NCBI GenBank assembly: GCA_965242725.1
Contig: CBDESZ010000031.1
Span: 32,001 to 96,000, forward strand
Reading direction: 5' to 3'
DNA: 64,000 nucleotides
DNA from: Alkalispirochaeta sp.
Lineage (GTDB): Bacteria > Spirochaetota > Spirochaetia > DSM-27196 > Alkalispirochaetaceae
Of this stretch, positions 59,210-64,000 are shown piece after piece. Every line of letters starts with the position of its first letter. Positions within the stretch are counted from its first letter, which is position 1. The notes under the pieces were generated by a model that saw nothing but the letters and a program-made list of their open reading frames with translations, ran no database searches and was not told where the DNA came from. The position numbers and the translations under genes were made by a program.

Positions 59210-60202
59210 ATGATACACGTAGGACTCATCGGAGCAGGCCGAATAGGGAAAATTCATGCAGGCAGTGTCGGAGGAAGCGGGAAAGCAAAATTGCGGTACG
59301 TCTCCGATGTTTATGCTCCCGCGGCCAAGGAGCTCGCGGCGGCATACGGTGCGGAGGTTGCCACGATAGACCACATCCTTCAGGACCCGGATATAGACCT
59401 GGTGATGATCTGTTCAATTACCGAGACACATGCCGACCTGATAGAACGCTCGGCGAAAGCGGGGAAAGCAATCTTCTGCGAGAAACCCATCGACCTCGAT
59501 ATCAAGCGCGTACAGGGCGTGCTCAACGTCGTCAAAGAGACGGACGCCACGTTGATGGTCGGTTTCAACCGTCGTTTTGATCCCAATTTTATGACCCTCA
59601 AGAAGAGGCTCGACGACGGTGATGCTGGAGACGTGGAGTTGGTGACGATAGCTTCACGCGATCCCGGCGCTCCCCCGGTAGAATACATTAAAGGATCGGG
59701 AGGACTCTTTCGGGACATGACGATCCACGACTTTGATATGGCGCGATGGCTCCTGGGTGAGGAGCCGACTCAGGTATATGCCAGCGCCGCAACGTTGACG
59801 GATCCAGAAATCGAAAAGGCCGGGGACGTCGATACTGCGGTTGTAACGCTCACCTGTCCAAGCGGCCGTATGGCGGTCATCACCAACAGTCGCCGGGCGA
59901 CCTATGGGTATGATCAGCGGATAGAGGTACACGGCAGCAAGGGGATGCTTCAGGCGGGGAACGTAGCGGAACACACCGTTGCCTTTGCCGGCGAGACCGG
60001 CATCACGGCGGCGAAACCGATGTTCTTTTTCCTCGAACGGTACGCCAAGGCGTATCAGAACGAATTTGCAGCCCTTGTGGACGCTCTGGAAGCGGGCACA
60101 GCCATTGGTCCGGGCGGTGAAGATGGTTTGCGATCACTGGAGCTTGCGGATGCGGCCTTCGAGTCGCTCAAGACCGGTGCATCTGTCCAGGTTGGAAAAT
60201 AA
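59210..60202 (+). CDS. iolG: myo-inositol 2-dehydrogenase
   Basis: GAGRIG, CEKPID, GFNRRFDP, SRDP, DMTIHDFD, NSRRATYGYDQRIE, FFLERY. Confidence 0.85.
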   Translation: MIHVGLIGAGRIGKIHAGSVGGSGKAKLRYVSDVYAPAAKELAAAYGAEVATIDHILQDPDIDLVMICSITETHADLIERSAKAGKAIFCEKPIDLDIKRVQGVLNVVKETDATLMVGFNRRFDPNFMTLKKRLDDGDAGDVELVTIASRDPGAPPVEYIKGSGGLFRDMTIHDFDMARWLLGEEPTQVYASAATLTDPEIEKAGDVDTAVVTLTCPSGRMAVITNSRRATYGYDQRIEVHGSKGMLQAGNVAEHTVAFAGETGITAAKPMFFFLERYAKAYQNEFAALVDALEAGTAIGPGGEDGLRSLELADAAFESLKTGASVQVGK

Positions 60203-60204
60203 GA

Positions 60205-61167
60205 ATGAAAATCGGAATGGTCACTGACAGTCTCGGCAATCTTGGATTTGACGAGATGCTCGATGTGGCGGCGGAGCTTGGTCTTGAAACGGTGGAATTT
60301 GCTACCGGCAACTGGTCGACTGCGCCGCATCTGGACCTCGACAGATTGCTGGCCGATGGGAATGCCCGGCGGAATTTTCTCGCGGCGGTGAAAGATCGCG
60401 GTCTGGAGATTTCGGCACTCACCGCAAACGGCAACCAGCTCCACCCGGCGGCGGAGGGTAGGGACCACGACCGCGTCGTCCGCCGGACAATCGAACTGGC
60501 GTCGATGATCGGCCTTGATCGCGTTGTTCTGATGTCGGGACTTCCCGGGGCTCCAGGTGACTCACATCCCAATTGGATTACCCTCACCTGGCCGCCGGAG
60601 ACGGTCCGAATCCTGGAGTACCAGTGGAACGAGGTTGCAATCCCGTACTGGAAGGACCTTGTAACGTATGCCAAGCGCTATGGAGTCACCAAACTGGCTC
60701 TGGAAATCCACGGGGGACAGCTCGTGTATAACGTACCGTCCTTTTTCCGCCTCCGTGACGCCGTCGGCGAAACGGTGGGCGTCAATTTTGACCCCAGCCA
60801 CCTGATATGGATGGGGGCCGACCCGCTGGCAGCAGTTGATGCGCTGGGCGACGCAATTTATCACGTCCACGCAAAAGACGCGATGATCGTCGAGCGGAAT
60901 CGGGCGACCAACTCGCTACTTGAGACGATCCCGCCGACCCACGCCTCAATCCGCGGGTGGAATTACGTGACACTGGGGTACGGCCGGGATGAAGCGTGGT
61001 GGAAAAACTTCTGCTTCCGCCTCAGGACGAACGGGTACGATGATACCCTCAGTATTGAACATGAGGATGTCACCATGTCTCGCATGGAAGGTATGAAAAA
61101 ATCGGTACACCTGTTGCGGAGCTGTATGCTTACGGAGCCGTCAGATTACCAGTTACCGGCAATATAG
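60205..61167 (+). CDS. Sugar phosphate isomerase/epimerase TIM barrel
   Basis: GNWS.APH, NFDPSHL.WMG.DP, HVHAKD, SIEHED. Confidence 0.85.
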   Translation: MKIGMVTDSLGNLGFDEMLDVAAELGLETVEFATGNWSTAPHLDLDRLLADGNARRNFLAAVKDRGLEISALTANGNQLHPAAEGRDHDRVVRRTIELASMIGLDRVVLMSGLPGAPGDSHPNWITLTWPPETVRILEYQWNEVAIPYWKDLVTYAKRYGVTKLALEIHGGQLVYNVPSFFRLRDAVGETVGVNFDPSHLIWMGADPLAAVDALGDAIYHVHAKDAMIVERNRATNSLLETIPPTHASIRGWNYVTLGYGRDEAWWKNFCFRLRTNGYDDTLSIEHEDVTMSRMEGMKKSVHLLRSCMLTEPSDYQLPAI

Positions 61168-61179
61168 GCGCTGCCGTCG

Positions 61180-61209
61180 GGCCGCCCGGAAGATCCCGGG
61201 CGGCCTTTT
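61180..61209 (+). terminator. Intrinsic terminator
   Basis: GGCCGCCCGG-aagatc-CCGGGCGGCC followed by TTTT. Confidence 0.75.
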
Positions 61210-61298
61210 ACATTCCATCAAAATATGGTTTGCAAAATGATGCAAACGATTGCAAAATGCTCGTTGTCGTAGTAGGATGACCTGAAAAGGAGAATCCA

Positions 61299-62195
61299 TT
61301 GATACGCGTAGCAAACGCGCCTTGCTCATGGGGCGTCATAGAAAATGTGGAGGGCAGCCGTCTCACCTACGAGAATGTACTTGATGAAATGGCTGCCACC
61401 GGATACGCCGGTACGGAACTCGGTGACTGGGGTTTTATGCCCACAGATCCCGACGTACTCGCGGCGGCGTTGGAGCGACGGAACCTTTCATTGGTAGCTT
61501 CGTGGGTATCGGTGTTCCTCCACGATCCGTCCCTCCTGGACAACAGCATTGCCGAGGCAATCCGCACCGCCCGACTGCTCCGCGCCGTGGGTGGTGAAGA
61601 AGCGTTGGTTGTACTCGGAAATGATCCCCATACCGACATTATTAGAACCAATAATGCGGGTCGTGTGAGCCCCGAGATGTCCTTGACGGCGGCACAGTTC
61701 AACAAATTCACCGACGGAGCAAACGCGATTGCCCGTGCGATACGAGACGAAACGGGGCTGCGCACCGTCTTTCACCCGCACATCGCTACCTTTGTGGAGA
61801 CTCCGGCGGAAATCGAGACCTTTGTCGCAGGTACCGACCCCGACCTCGTTGGTATTGCCTTTGATACCGCCCACATCGCGTACGGCGGGGGAGACCCCAT
61901 ATCGGCATTGCGGAAATATGCCGATCGGATCCGCCATGTGCACTTCAAAGGATACAGTGAATCGGCGGCGCGAAGGTGTCGGGCAAACAGGATCGACGGG
62001 GTTTCAGCCGTGGGCGAAGGGGTCTTTTGTGAGCTTGCTGAGAGTGACATCGATTTCTCCAAGGTGCTGTCGGTACTCAAAGACGTCGAGTACGACGGGT
62101 GGATCGTCATTGAACAGGACGTATTGCCGGGGACGGGAACGCCCCGGGACAACGCCCAACGTAACCGGGAATATCTGAAATCGATCGGCATATGA
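61299..62195 (+). CDS. IolE-like TIM barrel (paralog 3)
   Basis: TTG start with AAGGAG SD; RVANAPCSWGV, HPHIATFVET, DTAH, IEQDVLPG; directly upstream of iolD. Confidence 0.8.
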   Translation: MIRVANAPCSWGVIENVEGSRLTYENVLDEMAATGYAGTELGDWGFMPTDPDVLAAALERRNLSLVASWVSVFLHDPSLLDNSIAEAIRTARLLRAVGGEEALVVLGNDPHTDIIRTNNAGRVSPEMSLTAAQFNKFTDGANAIARAIRDETGLRTVFHPHIATFVETPAEIETFVAGTDPDLVGIAFDTAHIAYGGGDPISALRKYADRIRHVHFKGYSESAARRCRANRIDGVSAVGEGVFCELAESDIDFSKVLSVLKDVEYDGWIVIEQDVLPGTGTPRDNAQRNREYLKSIGI

Positions 62196-62205
62196 TAAGG
62201 GGTGA

Positions 62206-64000
62206 ATGATGGAAACGATGAGACTGACCGCGGGACAGGCACTGGTGAAGTTTCTTGATAATCAATACCTGCAGGTAGATGATCGGGAAATCAAGTTTGT
62301 CGAGGGTATATTTGGTATCTTTGGTCATGGCGTCGTCGTCGGCCTCGGGGAGGCGATCCAGGAGCCGAACCACAACCTGACCTTTTACCAGGGGCGAAAC
62401 GAACAGGGCATGGCTCACGCTGCGATGGCGTACGCCAAGCAGAACAATCGACATAAAATCATCGCCGTCACAAGTTCCATCGGACCGGGAGCGCTGAACA
62501 TGGTTACCGCCGCGGGAACGGCCACTTCCAACAGGATTCCGCTGCTCCTGTTGCCTGGAGATGCATTTGCGTGTCGGCAACCGGACCCGGTTCTTCAGCA
62601 AATAGAACAGAGTTATGACTATACCGTCACGGCCAACGATGCCTTCAAAGCGGTAAGCAAGTATTGGGATCGTATCGCCCGACCGGAACAACTCATGACT
62701 GCAGCGATAAATGCGATGCGCGTCCTGACGGACCCGGCGGAGACGGGTGCAGTCGTACTGGCCCTGCCTCAGGACGTACAGGGCGAAGCGTTTGATTATC
62801 CTGCCGATTTCTTTGCACGGCGGGTCCATCGCTTTTCCCGTCGGCCGCTCGCATCGGGTGAGGCGGAGGCGATTGCAGCCGTCATCGCCGGAAAAAAACG
62901 ACCCATGATAATCTGTGGAGGCGGTGTTCGGTATTCAGAGGCGGGCAATGCGCTGGCTTCTTTTGCAGAGGAATTTGGGATTCCCATCGGAGAAACTCAG
63001 GCCGGCAAGGGTGCTGTACGGTGGGACCACCCCCAGAATCTCGGCGGCCTTGGTGTAACGGGGACACTCGCCGCCAATCGGATTGCCCGTGAGGCAGATC
63101 TCATTCTCGCGGTAGGAACTCGTCTCAACGATTTTCACACCGCCAGCAAATCGGCGTTCCAGGCCCCGGGGGTTCAAATCGTAACGATCAATGTAAATGC
63201 TTTTGACGCATACAAGATGAACGCGGCCCCGTATATCGCCGATGCCCGTACCGCCTTGGAAGAGCTTGCGCCCGTTCTGCGAAGGAAAAAGTATGTTGCC
63301 TCCTACGGTGGTGACGTCGGCAAAGCCAAGGCAGCATGGAATGCCGAAGTCGATCGGCTTTTTGCCCTCGACGATACCGACGGGCTTACCCAGACACGGG
63401 TCATTGGAATGCTCGGCGACTTCATGAGTGAAGAAGATGTCATCGTTTCGGCATCCGGAAGTTTGCCGAGCGACCTTGAACGCCTGTGGCGTCCTGTTTC
63501 GCCGGACAATTACCATCTTGAGTATGGTTTTTCCTGTATGGGATACGAGGTGCCGGGGGCCTTGGGCGCAAAGCTCGCCGTGGGAAAGGATCGTGAAGTA
63601 TATACCCTCGTCGGAGACGGCGGATTCCTGATGCTCCATTCGGAACTGATCAGTGCCCTGCAGGAACAGCAGAAGATCACTATCGTTCTTGTTGACAATA
63701 TGGGATTTCATTGTATCGATAATCTACAGGGCTCAAAAGGAATACCTCATTTTGGGTGTGAATTTCGCTACCGGGATGAAACATCCAATACACTCAGCGG
63801 CGACGATATCGCGATTGACTATGCAATGGTCGCCAAAGGGTACGGATGCGACTCATTTTCCGCGCGCACTGCAAAGGAGCTCAAAGACGCGTTACATGAG
63901 GCGCGTAAAAGCATCCGTCCAGTTCTGATCGACGTAAAGACGGTAAAAAAATCGATGACCGACGGATACGAAGCGTGGTGGCGCGTCGGAATCCCTGAGG
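62206..64000 (+). CDS. iolD: 3D-(3,5/4)-trihydroxycyclohexane-1,2-dione hydrolase (partial, runs off right end; absent from ORF track)
   Basis: Manual translation MRLTAGQALVKFLDNQY...GIFGHG...RNEQGMAH...PDPVLQQ...EYGFSCMGYE...VGDGGFLM...GYEAWW. Confidence 0.93.
   Translation, partial: MMETMRLTAGQALVKFLDNQYLQVDDREIKFVEGIFGIFGHGVVVGLGEAIQEPNHNLTFYQGRNEQGMAHAAMAYAKQNNRHKIIAVTSSIGPGALNMVTAAGTATSNRIPLLLLPGDAFACRQPDPVLQQIEQSYDYTVTANDAFKAVSKYWDRIARPEQLMTAAINAMRVLTDPAETGAVVLALPQDVQGEAFDYPADFFARRVHRFSRRPLASGEAEAIAAVIAGKKRPMIICGGGVRYSEAGNALASFAEEFGIPIGETQAGKGAVRWDHPQNLGGLGVTGTLAANRIAREADLILAVGTRLNDFHTASKSAFQAPGVQIVTINVNAFDAYKMNAAPYIADARTALEELAPVLRRKKYVASYGGDVGKAKAAWNAEVDRLFALDDTDGLTQTRVIGMLGDFMSEEDVIVSASGSLPSDLERLWRPVSPDNYHLEYGFSCMGYEVPGALGAKLAVGKDREVYTLVGDGGFLMLHSELISALQEQQKITIVLVDNMGFHCIDNLQGSKGIPHFGCEFRYRDETSNTLSGDDIAIDYAMVAKGYGCDSFSARTAKELKDALHEARKSIRPVLIDVKTVKKSMTDGYEAWWRVGIPE

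Noticed and set aside
1..64000. Mobile elements, prophage, defence systems, tRNA/rRNA
   Set aside because: No integrase, transposase, phage, cas or RM motifs and no structural-RNA signatures recognised; island boundaries show no evident att repeats

Overview
Bacterial chromosomal segment, probably from a free-living Spirochaetia member. This is inferred from sugar-binding-protein signal peptides of the 'FASGSAE'/'LWAGGQGE' type and from acidic lipoproteins. The left ~36 kb is mixed metabolic, signalling and envelope content: a tandem-domain lipoprotein, an SDR/DUF434 divergent pair, a 525-aa HPr-domain protein, an MBL hydrolase, split-alpha pntAB, an acyl-CoA synthetase, DUF6062, a DEAD-box helicase, a gerW/ytfI-like module, three surface lipoproteins, an Fe-ADH, a REC-PAS-HK/RR pair with two paralogous membrane EAL proteins, rbsK, ybaK, a LacI-controlled sugar ABC operon, a GNAT-histidine-kinase fusion, an SDR and cfa. 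The right ~28 kb (35.9-64 kb) is a large inositol/cyclitol catabolic island. It holds about 7 Gfo/Idh/MocA dehydrogenases, 7 TIM-barrel isomerase/dehydratases (3 close IolE-like paralogs), an ABC importer, four regulators, Thermotoga-type iolN/iolO and a canonical iolD running off the right end. Most notable: (1) about 10 genes share a -35/N17/TAnnnT/N5-6/start-codon layout, suggesting pervasive leaderless mRNAs; (2) the GNAT-HK-unknown-domain fusion; (3) an HPr fold with a large N-terminal domain and an internal insertion; (4) two alternative inositol ring-cleavage routes in one island; (5) an active/degenerate EAL pair. Several island genes carry frameshifts, mostly in homopolymers, which are more likely sequencing errors than true pseudogenes. 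No rRNA, tRNA, CRISPR array or IS element was seen. All family calls come from motif recognition, not database searches.
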